Origin: Chiloscyllium plagiosum
Taxonomy: Eukaryota
Direction: 5' to 3'
DNA: 20,000 nt
Assembly: GCF_004010195.1 (NCBI RefSeq)
Contig: NC_057720.1
Coordinates: forward strand, 26,867,248-26,887,247
In this document: one piece after another, positions 1 through 10,879 of the stretch
Layout of the letters: each line of letters opens with the position of its first letter
Position numbering within the stretch: position 1 is the first letter of the stretch
Notes under the pieces: model-generated
What the model was told of the DNA's origin: nothing
Database searches by the model: none
What the model saw: the letters and a program-made list of their open reading frames with translations, nothing else
Translations under genes and position numbers: made by a program

Positions 1-19
1 CACAACTAACGTCTGACTT

Positions 20-170
20 AGCTTCATCATAATCTTCCAGCTCTTGTACTCTATTTCTCTAAGCATGAAGCCTGTAATATGGTACATTTTATTGCCAGCA
101 CTGTTACCCTTCCTGCCAAGTTTAATGACTTATATAAGATCTCTCTTTCTCCTGAACACCCCTTAAAATA
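20..170 (-). mobile_element. Highly decayed CR1 LINE RT-region remnant
   Basis: Stretches such as ctcttgtactctat, atgaagcc, cctgccaagtttaatgact and aagatctctct resemble antisense shark CR1 ORF2 from memory. No open frame; weak support. Confidence 0.35.
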
Positions 171-482
171 ATGCCCTTTATTTTATATTGTATGTTATAC
201 TGTCCATTCTGCAAAGCCTGCAGGCTACTGGAAAATCTTGAAAGCCTCCATAATTAGATTTTATTGGATCCTGCATTAGGTCAAGCTTTATCAGAATATT
301 CCATTCTTTAATTTAATTTCTACAAGATTTTTTATCAGAAGTGTTTATATGCTACTGCTTATAGTTTTGAGTGTTTGTGTAGCTTTGATTAAAAATAAAA
401 TTCTTTAATGTGATTGGCAACTTGGAGAGCTTGATGCTATCACTCCTGCTACAGTTTGGGCATTCCTAGTGTTGTGTGTGCT

Positions 483-1110
483 GAGGCAATGGCCTACTGG
501 TATTTCCACTGGACATATAATCAAGAGATCCAGGTAATTTTTTTTTAGATTAGATTACATTGCTTACAGTGTGGAAACAGGCCCTTCGGCCCAACAAGTC
601 CACACTGACCCGCCGAAGCATACCCCACCCAGACTCATTCCCCGACATTTACCCCTTCACCTAACACTACGGGCAATTTAGCATGGCCAATTCACCTAAC
701 CTGCACATTTTTGGATTGTGGGAGAAAACCGGAGCACCCCCACGCAGACACGGGGAGAACATGCAAACTCCACACAGAGGGTTGCCTGAGGTGGGAATTG
801 AACCTGGGTCTCTGGCGCTAACCATTGTGCCGCCAAATATTCTCAGGGCCCAGGTTTGAATCCTACCATACAGATAGTAGAGTTCGAATTCAATAAAAAT
901 CTGGGATTAAGAGTCTAGTGGTGGCCATGACTCCATTGCCAATTGTCAGGAAAAACTCATCTGGTCTATTAATGTCCTTTAGGGAAGGCATCTGCCATCC
1001 TCACCTGCTCTGGCCAACATGTGAATCCAGGCCCTCAGCAATGTGGTTGACTCCTATCTGCCCTCTCGGCAATAAATGCTGGCCTAGTCAACCACAACGT
1101 TATCCTCCAA
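483..1110 (+). mobile_element. tRNA-derived SINE ('type X'), split by an HE1 insertion into 483-538 and 835-1110
   Basis: A-box-like tggcctactgg (490-500), B-box-like ggtttgaatcc (853-863), tail ggcaataaatgctggcc (1068-1084). Colinear with the antisense copy at 3754-4095. Confidence 0.8.
539..834 (-). mobile_element. HE1-type V-SINE
   Basis: Reverse complement gives a tRNA head, the V-domain (tgtgtggagtttgcatgttctccccgtgtctgcgtggg), a CR1-derived tail (ttgggccgaagggcctgtttccacactgt) and an (aatct)n/poly-A end. Homologous to 17581-18050. Confidence 0.9.
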
Positions 1111-1116
1111 AGAGTT

Positions 1117-1925
1117 CTTGACTGAAGTGGCAATGTCTCTATCTCTGAACTAAAAGGACTTAAATGCATTTGGAAAGGGAAGGACTGATTAGGGATAGTC
1201 AGCATGGCTTTGTGTATGGGAAATCATGCACAACTTGATTGAGTTTTTTTGAAGAAGTAACAAAGAGGACTGATGAGGGCGGAGTGGTAGATGTGATCTA
1301 TATGGATCTCAGTAAGGCGTTCGACAAGGTTCATCATAGGAGACCTCATGGAATACAGGGAGAATGAGCCATTTGGATAAAGAACTGGCTTTAAGGTAGA
1401 AGACAGAGGGTGGTGGTGAGCTATAGAGAGAGGCTGAACAGGCTGGGCCCGTTTTCCCTGGAACGTCGGAGGCTGAGGGGTGACCTTATAGAGGTTTATA
1501 AAATCATGAGGGACATTTATAGAGTAAATAGAAAAGATCTTTTCCCTGGGGTGGGGTAGTCCAGAACTAGAGAACATAGGTTTACGGTGAGGGGGGAAGG
1601 ATATAAAAGAGACCTAAGGGGCAACTTTTTCACACAGAAGATGGTGCATGTATGGATTGAGCTACCAGAGGAAGTGGTGGAGGCTGATACAATTACAGTA
1701 TTTAAAAGGCATCTGGAAGTGTATATGAAAAAGGAAGGCATTAGAGGGATATTGGCCAAATGCTGGCAAGTGGGGCTAGATTGGGTTGGGATATCTGGTC
1801 GGCATGGATGAGTTTCAGCAAAGGATCTGTTTCTGTGCTGTATATCTCCATGACTCTATGACTGGTTTCAAATGCCACCTGTCAATGAGGTATCATAACA
1901 TGCCTGAACAGGTTAGTTAAATATA
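1117..1925 (+). mobile_element. Short tRNA-derived SINE split by a CR1 fragment into 1117-1160 and 1863-1925
   Basis: A-box-like tgactgaagtgg before the CR1; B-box-like ggtttcaaatgcc and the tail cataacatgcctgaacaggttagtta directly after it. 'gact' occurs at both junctions. Confidence 0.55.
1161..1862 (+). mobile_element. CR1 (HER1-like) LINE 3' fragment with a large internal deletion
   Basis: Translates to HLEREGLIRDSQHGFV, VDVIYMDLSKAFDKV and RQRVVV, fused at ~1417 to SYRERLNRLGPFSLERRRLRGDLIEVYKIMR and DLRGNFFTQ. Ends in a tgactctatgac tail. Confidence 0.93.
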
Positions 1926-2343
1926 AGTGGAATGCTGCAATTGAAAGCACAGTGATAGAGGCACAATTCTAACTGGACAAATTGCTGGATCTCACTACAA
2001 GGGCTGAATCATACAACATTATTGGTTAAGTCCAAGTGTGTCCAATATTTTGGAGGGATTCTCACCAAGAGGCCTGGCAAGATTTCTCACTGTAACTTAC
2101 CAAACTCACATCATTGACTATTTCCCCCACCCCTATGGAGCATCTCATATCTAATTCTCATCCTATTTTGCTACCCGCTATTCCCAAATCTATTCACCAT
2201 TCATTGGGTAGCTGATTAAGGATCAGCATCTCTCACATCCATGCCACCTTCAAAAGGTCACTGTGTGCCTGGATGAGCACTGGCATCCCAAACCTGCCCT
2301 GCTCGGTCAAGGACTTGTTCAGAAGATGTTTGAGAATTCGAAG

Positions 2344-2542
2344 ATGGCACCACAATTCTCCAACAGAGACCCAAAGGTTCTGGTCAAGGCATGATGTAAA
2401 GGGTGAGGACCAACAAAGGAGGGCACAACACCACATCCTTGTCCGAGGGCACTACCCAGGTCAATGTGGTCACTATGGTTTGGAGGAATAGCCAGCAGTG
2501 CCACTAGATGGCCAATTACCTTCTCCCTGGAACCAGAGTAAG
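2344..2542 (+). pseudogene. Decayed Myb/SANT-like (NAIF1-type) ORF of a PIF/Harbinger transposon
   Basis: MAPQFSNRDPKVLVKA* then, after a frameshift, EGTTQVNVVTMVWRNSQQCH*MANYLL, followed by gtaag at 2538-2542. Fits the trihelix pattern APxFS..LV / V.VN...R..QC.K..N.LL. Confidence 0.6.
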
Positions 2543-3753
2543 AGCCACACTTTTCCCTCTGTAACCTCACACCCATTCTCTCACTACTATCTCAACCACC
2601 TGGCAACAAGGCTTATGCTCAGTCACTACTGCCTACAACATCTTGCCTCCCCTCACTCTCACCCACCCTCTCCCCTGCAAACATCCCACACCACTAAACC
2701 TGCACGCTCTTAGCATATCAATAATAGATTCACTATGTCTAGTAAATCCTGTCCTTCACAGGGGAAGACTGAGCTGTGCTGTTTTGAAATCAGACCTTGT
2801 TTCCATTGAATTCAGAGCATACTCCATTGCATTTATTCTCTTATCAATTTTGAGTACAAGGTAAAAAGAGAAAGAACCACAAACATTCAGCAGTCATTTA
2901 ATTAATATTTATTTCAGTTTACCTGATGAAACACTAATGCAGTGATAATTTGATCATTTGTCAATTGGATTTTGCTATTGACCATATATTGATACTAAAC
3001 TGTTTCTTGATGCACCACTGAGTGTTAAGTGCCACTGTGTAAAGATGATAGATTGTAATAAATGAATTTAAAGCAGTTTCAATTTCATCAGGGTACAATA
3101 TACTTCAGACCAAAATGCTGGCGAGTCTGATCCAGTGAGAAAGCAGTGATATATTGTGCTATGGAAGAGATTTCCTTCAGATTCATTGTAACCAACCTTT
3201 TAAGTGTTTTTTCTTGGTTGGTGGGTTATACCTTTCAAGATGTAGCTGATGCATTTTTTTCTCAACCACTGTCAATACTAAGTATTAAGATGTAAGAATA
3301 TTTGTATGCGAGATAAGGTTCCACTCACACTGCCTTAACAGTAGTGCTCATCTCAGTGGAACACCCCAACCAACCAAAACGATATTTTAATTTCAGCCAC
3401 CAACAAACTCTGTGTACTTTCTCAGCTAACCTAAAAGGTAAAGATTCCATCTGGTGAAAAGAGAAATGATGGCCAGAAATAAAAAGTAAACTAACTTATC
3501 ATCTCCCTCCCTTACCTCCTGCAGTGAACAACTTTCCATATTTGCCTTCTTGTTAATAATGAAAGAAAGCTTCCTTGGATCCTGATGGGACATTTACAGA
3601 TGGGACATCAGCTTTCAATGTTACTGCACATTTCCCACCCTGCATTCAGTCTGCCTATTGCAAACATTGAATTCCATCAACATTATTGCCTGCTTGAAAC
3701 AGGTAGTTAAAGAGCTCTTTTCATTTTCATTTGCTACTCCATTGGAATGTATA

Positions 3754-4095
3754 TTTTTATTATTCATTCATGGGATGTGGCCATCACTGATGAGGCCAGC
3801 ATTTATTGCCCATCCCTAATGTCCCAGAGGGCAGAAACGAGTGAACCACATTACTGAGAGTCTGGAGTCACATCTAGGCCGGATCAGGTACAGATAGCAA
3901 TTTCTTTCCAATGGATTTCTCTGACACTCGACAGTTAGATTCATGTCATCATTACACTTTTGATTCCAGAGTTTTTTCTAATGAATTCAAGTTCCACTGC
4001 GTGCCATGGCAGGATTCGAAACCGGGTCTCCAAAACATTATCAGAGTTGCTGGCTAAATAGTCCAGCGATAATGCCACAAGGCCATTATCTCCCC
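3754..4095 (-). mobile_element. tRNA-derived SINE 'type X', uninterrupted copy
   Basis: Reverse complement shows A-box tggccttgtgg, B-box ggtttcgaatcc (4012-4023) and the tail gggatgggcaataaatgctggcc...cacatcccatgaatgaataataaaaa. Matches 483-1110. Confidence 0.85.
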
Positions 4096-4189
4096 CTAAC
4101 TACTTCCAAATGCCATGTATTGAAAAGATTGGTGATGCCATGCCAATGAGACAAAATGGTACGAGAGGTGGACTGCCAACATTCCGTAA

Positions 4190-4320
4190 CCATATATTTT
4201 TGAATACTAGGGTGGCTAAGGGATATTGGTATAGGGTGGGAAGGTGACTTGATGCAGTTGATCAATCAAGTTTTCATTACATAATGGAGCAGGTTTGAGG
4301 ATCTATGGCCCATTCCTGGT
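4190..4320 (+). mobile_element. Old CR1 3' end remnant
   Basis: aagggatattgg...gatcaatc...aatggagcaggtttgagg...atggcccattcctg resembles a CR1 3' UTR. Its antisense counterpart is at 18996-19035. Confidence 0.6.
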
Positions 4321-5259
4321 GGAGAAGTGGGACCTGATGTATTGCTCTTGCTGTCACACATACAATGAACTGAATGTGCTGGAACTTTTATGTGATTTCT
4401 TATTTTTGAATGTTTTTATATACAAATCCAGGCAGAACTACAAGGCAATGATAACAGAAACTGCCTTCCTAGTTTAGGATTCCCCAGAAAACAAATGATG
4501 AACTAATCTATCTGCTGCAAGAAGGCATGTTGTTATTCTTTAATAAATCAATATCACTGTTAGACATAGTTAAGGTCATTTCTCCCTTTACATTTCTGCC
4601 ACTACCTTAAACTCCTTCTAAGTTAGAACAGAAGTCATCTGAGGTGATGCTGATGGTTGTATCAAACATGTGCCTGAACAATTGTTGAGTAAGGCCGGAC
4701 TTTCCATCTCCTTCCCCACAGAATTACAAGACGATTGAATTCTCCAAAATATCTCCACAAGGAATAATTGAGAGTATGTGTTACACTTTTGTGTTTTTGC
4801 TAACCTTCTTACTCTGGATTATTTGCCTTTTTATATCTTAGGAGTCTTTGCATCCAAGGATCCATATCTTCAACAGTGTTGGCTACTACTTTGAGATCTA
4901 GGGAAATATTTAATAATGCAGCCAAGAGATGAACAGAAAACACATCTTACCATTGCTTTTAGCTTTTGGACTTGCCTTGTGTGTGTAAAATGTGTCATTC
5001 CAGAAATGTGCCTTCAGAAATAATAGAACATGACAGAAGTCTTCAATATAAATTAAAGTTATAAAGCAAATTTACTTCACAGGAGTTTAACATACACATT
5101 AGAAACCTTCATTCCATTTAGTAATGCAATGTCTCATTCCTCCTAAGGACAAAGCAAAAATAAGTTTACAATTCTAACCTCTTGGAAATAAATAAATTTT
5201 AAAATGCACATGAGTGACTGGAAGTTTATTCAGATCTACTGAAACACTATCTTTGTGAC

Positions 5260-5850
5260 TTTTTGAAAGTATTCTTGGGAAGTGGGCATTCAATGAGACC
5301 ATTTGTTCCACACCTCTCAATCTTCTTGGCAAAATGGTTATGTAGCTTATCATGGATCATCGCTATCCAAGTGGCAAAGGAAACGGTTACAATCCTGTAA
5401 CTTAGGGAACTCCCATATTTTGACCCAATGGCAATGGAGGAATGGTAATATTTCCAATTCAGGATAGTTTGTGACTTGGAAGAGAATGTGGAGTTTAATA
5501 GTGGTTTCCCACCCCCATTGTTTCCCTTTTCAGTGTTACAGGGTGTGGGTATAAAAGATGCTGAAGAAGCCATGGTGACACACTGAAGTACATTCTGCAG
5601 ATAGTAATGCAGGCAAGGTGGAGAAGTGAATGTTTTAAACTCAAGAAAGGGATGTCAATAAAGCAGACCCTTTTGTTTTGGATGTTGTTGCGCTACTTAA
5701 ATACTTTTGCTATTGCAGTCACCCAGTCAAGTTGACATATTCTATTGTATTCCTGACTTGGGTTTAGTACGTACTGGAGAAGCTTTCAAGAGGCAGGGGA
5801 TCAGTCAATCATTGTGTGGGATACCAAGGTATTCATTTCACTCACAGCAA
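5260..5850 (-). mobile_element. Decayed 3' end of a CR1/L2-group LINE sharing its tail with SINE type X
   Basis: 5271-5320 (attcttgggaagtgggcatt..atgagaccatttgttccacacctctcaat) aligns with the SINE tail at 3766-3820. The remainder resembles an antisense shark LINE ORF2 C-terminus (recognition from memory). Confidence 0.65.
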
Positions 5851-6812
5851 TGTGATAACTTTGGAGCAGGAACAGCTCTGAGGAAATTTTCAGCCATTGT
5901 ATTTCTCCTTTCTTTAAATAATATCAATCTGACTGCTTCCACCTGGTTGCTTCTCTGAGATATAAAACCCTTTGCACTTGTGGAACTTAATTTAAACAGA
6001 ATGGTCTTTTTTTTATATTCAGTACAGGAGCTAAAAGACCAACTAGATTTGGAGTAGCTGATCCGTCAAATTTAAAAAGTAACTATCGATCAAACATAAT
6101 CATATCTCAGTCTGAATTAATCTTTGTCAGCCTCTGAAGTCCACAACCGATGAAACTAGCAACATTGTAAATGGACAGTTACGATCTGAACAATAGTCTT
6201 TTTTTTAAAATGTCTTTTCCTGAATTTAAGAGACAAGCACTGACTAAAACTAGATTGAGATACACAATGTTTGACACACAATTTAGATGTGCCAATGACC
6301 AGAAACATTGTGAGAACAATTGAGCAGCGCCAGCATGCTCTGTCCATTGGTGTGATCACCAGGTTATTCTGTCTGCCCTAATAGACAAGATGTGCCAATG
6401 TTAGAATGCTGGGTCCAAGACAACCCCAACAGAGATTGCATTGAAAGAAATTTTGATTGATATTTTTGTGATCATGTATATCCCTATGTGTCAGTCTGTG
6501 GAAAGTAGAGCTGAAACACAATAAGGATACGTCAACTTTCATTAGTAAAAAGAAATACATTGGACATCAAGGGAGGGATATATTTTGGGAAACTCTTGTA
6601 AGATTTTAGTGTGAATCTGAGATGGAAGTTTCAGCAAATATGAATAACTGTCATGTATTGATAAACATCCCTGTGTATCATATAGAACACTTCAGCAGTG
6701 AAAGACCCCATTTGAATTATTGTGCTAATACTGACTCATTGAAAGAGCTATAGAATTAGTACCACCCCCTTATTGCTTCCCCAATGTGCTGTAAAATTTA
6801 TCCTTTTCAAAT

Positions 6813-7252
6813 CTTGGTGAGTATGCCAGTGATCTAACTATCTTTCCTCATTGTATTTGACCTGTCCACAGCCTCAGCACAGATGACTATTCCTGCTCCA
6901 CCAATATGTCTGATTTACCAAACAGCTGGTTGGGACTGTCCTAACGTGGTTCCTTTCCTATTCTTCTTTTCATACCTAGAGAATCACAAGTTACAGTTTC
7001 TCTTCTTACTTCTGCACCAATCTTCTCACTCAGCTAATTATCTAGGTCCTAATTTTTGCAATTTCCCCCATAAACTGCTCTCTCTCTCTCTCTCTCTCTA
7101 GTCACTTGTGAAGTGCTCATCAAAATCTACTGCTTTTGTTTTCTAGTCTGTGTTCTAACTTCTCCTCATGAAGCTCAAAGTAATTACTTCCATGAAACAC
7201 CTTGTGACATCTTTTTTATGTTGAAGATGGTGTATTAGTGCAATTTGTTGCC
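6813..7252 (+). mobile_element. Internally deleted L2 LINE remnant
   Basis: 6841-6880 translates SFLIVFDLSTAS (L2 RT LLDLSAAFD motif). The 3' end catgaaacaccttgtgacat...ttatgttgaagatggtgtattagtgcaatttgttg is typical of an L2 tail. Confidence 0.65.
7078..7099 (+). repeat. (CT)11 microsatellite inside the L2 remnant
   Basis: Direct reading of the sequence. Confidence 0.95.
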
Positions 7253-7664
7253 ATTTAGCCAAATTCTTTTGAAAACTAGGACTAAATGTTTCCACCAACA
7301 TTTCAGATAGTATATACTAGATCATATCAATGCTTTGTGAACAAAGAAAAACTCGTGTCCCTCTGGTCCTTTTGCCAATCATCTTAAATCTGTGTCCTCT
7401 GGCTACTGACCCTTTTGTGAAAACAATTTCTCTTGTCTAATCTATAAAAAAACCCTCAGAATTAAATCTCCCTAACCTTCTCTGCTCTGAAGTAAACAAT
7501 ACCAGTTTCCTTAATCTCTCTGCAGAACTAGTATTATTCTAATAAATCTGCTCAGCACCCTCTCTAAAACCTTGTCATCCTTCTTAAAGCCTGGTACCCA
7601 CAACTGAGCATAATACTCCAGCTACAATTTAACTTGTATTTTATAGTTTAGAATAACTTTTACT

Positions 7665-9648
7665 GACCAGTGCTTGTCGGTGGAGGCAGAGGATCAACTC
7701 CAGTGCTGTCTAGAATTGGCTGATTGGGCCGTGTTCATACAGTCCACAGGTACCTTGAGCGAGTACACCACACCGTCACAGACTTTATCAGCAAGTGTGT
7801 GGAGGACTGTATACCGAGGAAGTCAATCTGGGTGCTCCCCAACAGGAAACCATGGTTGAATCAGGACATTCAGAACTTGCTAAAAACCAGGCATGAGGCA
7901 GTCAGATCAGGAGACCCACTCAACTATAAGAAATCCAAGAATGACCATCGCAAAGCCATTAAGACAGCCAAGGATCAATACCGATCCAAACTAGAGACCA
8001 GGACAGATACCCGCAAATATGGCAAAGATATGGCAAAGACTGAATGACATCATAGTTTCTAAAAGGCATTAGTCTGGTAGTGCAAGATAGAAGATGATGA
8101 CATATCCCTCCCAGATCGTCTCAACGCCTTCTATGCTCGCTTTGAGCAGAATTTCGGTGGAGAGGTAACACTTATACCAACAAGTCCTGACGAACCTATC
8201 CCAACAGTCACTGCATCAGAGGTTAGATCAGTTTTCCTTCATGCGAATCCAAGGAAAGCGATGGGACCAGACGGAGTACCAGGCCGTGCACTCAGAGCAT
8301 GCACAGATCAACTGGCAGAGGTCTTCTCGGACATCTTCAACCTCTCCCTGCAGCAGGCCACTGTCCCTGCCTGTTTCAAGAGGGCCAACCTCATCCCTGT
8401 GCCTAAAAAGGCTCATGCAACATGTCTTAATGAGTACCGCCCAGTGACCCTAACTCCGGTGGTCATGAAGTGCTTTGAAAGGCTATTCATGATATTAACC
8501 AACTCCAGCCTCCCTACTATTCTTCCATTCCAATTTGCCTATCAGACCAACAGATGCACGTCAGATACCATATCACTTGCCCTTCCCGAGAACATCTTGA
8601 CACCAAGAACAGCTTCATAAGAATCCTACTCATTGAAGGCTGAACTGTAGTCAACACTATTATCCCCTTGAGACTGATTACTAAACTTAGTGATCTTGAA
8701 CTAAGCCCCACTCTCTGCAACTGGATCCTTAATTTCCTGACCCACAGGCCACAATCAGTGAAGGTTGGGGGCAATATTTCATCGTCTCTGACACTCAACA
8801 CTGAAGCTCCCCAGGCGTGCGTACTCTACTGTACTCACTGTATACCCATGACTGCATCACCAAATACCAGACTAATGCCATTTACAAGTTCACTGATGAC
8901 ACCAACATAGTCGGTCAAATCTCAGATGGCGACAAAACAGACTACAGATGGGAGGTGGAAGACCTGGAAAAATGATGCACTGAGAACAACCTAGCTCTCA
9001 ATGCTGGCAAAACCAAGAAACTCATTGTTGACTTTCAATGGCATATTACTCATGCCCCCTACATAGTAACAGCACAGAGGTGGGACGAGTGGAGAATGTC
9101 AAGCCTTTGGGAGTGGTCATCCAGAACAAGCTTTCTTGGACTCTTCATGTGGATGCACTGGTTACAAAGGCTCAACAATATCTCTTCTTCCTCAGGCAGC
9201 TGAGGAAATTTGGCATGACAGCAAATACCCCTGCCAATTTTTACAGTGCGCCATCGAGAACATTCTGTCTGGATGCATCGCTACCTGGTATGGTAACTGC
9301 ACCATTCAAGATCAGAGATGGTTACAGTGAGCGGTGAACTCGGCCCGGACAATCACAAAGGCCGACCTCCCATCTACAGAATCCATCTACCAGGCCCGCT
9401 GTCAAGGAAAGGCCGCCAGTATTCTCAAAGATCCATCCCACCCTAGCAATGTTTTTCGACATTGGGGAGAAGGTACAGAAGCCTGAACATACACACCAGC
9501 CGGTTTTGAAACAGTTTCTACTCTATTGTTGTTAGAATACTGAATGGACTCACAAACTCTTAACATTCACCTGTTTTTGCCGCTGTGTAGCTATTATTTA
9601 CTATATATGCTACTTAACTATGTGATCTGCATGTATTGCTCACAAGAC
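7665..9648 (+). mobile_element. Rex1/Babar-clade LINE, 5'-truncated and frameshifted RT pseudogene
   Basis: Motifs [80 protein letters not shown] (~8883-8903, decayed FADD), KAQQYLFFLRQLRKF and ILSGCIATWYGNC, spread over several frames. Confidence 0.92.
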
Positions 9649-9790
9649 CCTTGATTAAATGTTTTATTAAGCTATGTCTCTTGATTAAACTTAAAATATA
9701 ATCCATAAGTATTAATTTAACCTGGAGCAGTGTTTTGTAGAGGAATAAGACAGTGCTGTTTTCCGGGTCTGTAGATTGAAAGAAGCAAAA

Positions 9791-10723
9791 ATGGCCCTTA
9801 GTAGAGTGATATTTTAGTCTTGTCTGTTATGGGAGTTTAGGGAGAGTTCAATGGTTACTGAGAATTATATCTGCAATAAATGCTGTTGGTTGCGAATCCT
9901 ATCAGATTAAATGGATCGGTTGGAGAGGCAGTTAGAGGCAATGAGGAATTTACAAGATCTAGGGGATATGATGGATAGCAGTTGTAGGAAGGGTGGAATG
10001 TCTCAGATACAGTCACATACATGTGTTAACTCCAGGAAAGGTAAGAGAGGTAGACACGTAATGCAGGAGACTTCTGTGGCTATCCCCATTTCAAACAAGT
10101 ATGCTGTTTTGGAAAATGTAGGGGATGATGGACACTCAGGGGTACACAGCACGAACAGCCAAGTTTCTGGTATTAAGACTGACTCTAACATAATGAGAGG
10201 TACATCGGGTTCCAAGCAATCGATTTTGTTCGGGGACTCGCTAGTCCGAGGTACAGACAGACATTTCTGTGGCCAGCAGCATAAAATCAGAATGGTGTGT
10301 TGCTTCCCTGGTGCCAGGATCAAGGATGTCTCAGAGGGTGCAGAATGTTCTCAAGGGGGAGCGAGCCCAGCAGGGGGTCATTGTACACATTGGAACAAAT
10401 GATATAGGAAGGGAAAAGGTAAAGATTCTGAAGGGAGATTACAGAGAGTTAGGCAGGAATTTAAAAAGGAGGTCCTGAAGGGTAGTAATATCTGGATTAC
10501 TCCTGGTGCTACGAGCTAGTGAGGGCAGGAATAGGAGGATAGGCAGATTAATTCATGGCTGAGGAGTTGGTGTACGGGAGAAGGATTCACATTTTTGGAT
10601 CATTGGAAGCTGTTTTGGGGTAGAAGTGACCTTTACAAGAAGGACGGATTGCACCTAAATTGGAAGGGGACCAATATACTGGCAGGGAAATTTGCTAGAA
10701 CTGCTTGGGAAGATTTAAACTAG
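9791..10723 (+). pseudogene. CR1 ORF1: decayed Zn finger, coiled coil and SGNH/GDSL esterase
   Basis: MALSRVIF*SCLLWE..YICNKC, MDRLERQLEAMR, FGDSLVRG, FPGARI, VHIGTND, KDGLHLN (~10640-10660). Contains in-frame stops and a frameshift near 10335. Confidence 0.88.
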
Positions 10724-10879
10724 TAAGTTGGGGGGTGGGGGGGTGATGTGTTAGTGGGACCCAGGGAGAGAGTGAAGAAAGAGATCAATCTGAGACTGGT
10801 ACAATTGAGAACAAAGGTGAGTCAAACAGTCAGGGCAGACAGGGACAAAGTAGAGAACAAGGTAGGACTGATAAATTAA

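Larger units (their letters stand above)
6680..7664 (-). mobile_element. Old CR1 3' fragment split by an L2 into 6680-6812 and ~7253-7664
   Basis: Antisense CR1 3' UTR (gaaagagctat..aattagtaccaccccct) continues after the L2 with atcttaaatctgtgtcctctgg, aaccttctctgctct and taatactccagct (antisense of the LEY motif). Confidence 0.75.

Noticed and set aside
2922..3092. Inverted repeat cctgatgaaa / tttcatcagg containing CTGATGA
   Set aside because: Only 10 bp match, with no helix II-GAAA arrangement and no convincing C/D box pair; not supportable as a hammerhead, snoRNA or MITE.
3329..3600. Minus-strand two-exon model (MSHQDPRKLSF.. / MESLPFRL..)
   Set aside because: 65-nt intron, unrecognised peptide, and it conflicts with equally good plus-strand signals.
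8017..8038. Tandem duplication (atatggcaaag)x2 in Rex1
   Set aside because: Ordinary post-insertion slippage causing a frameshift.
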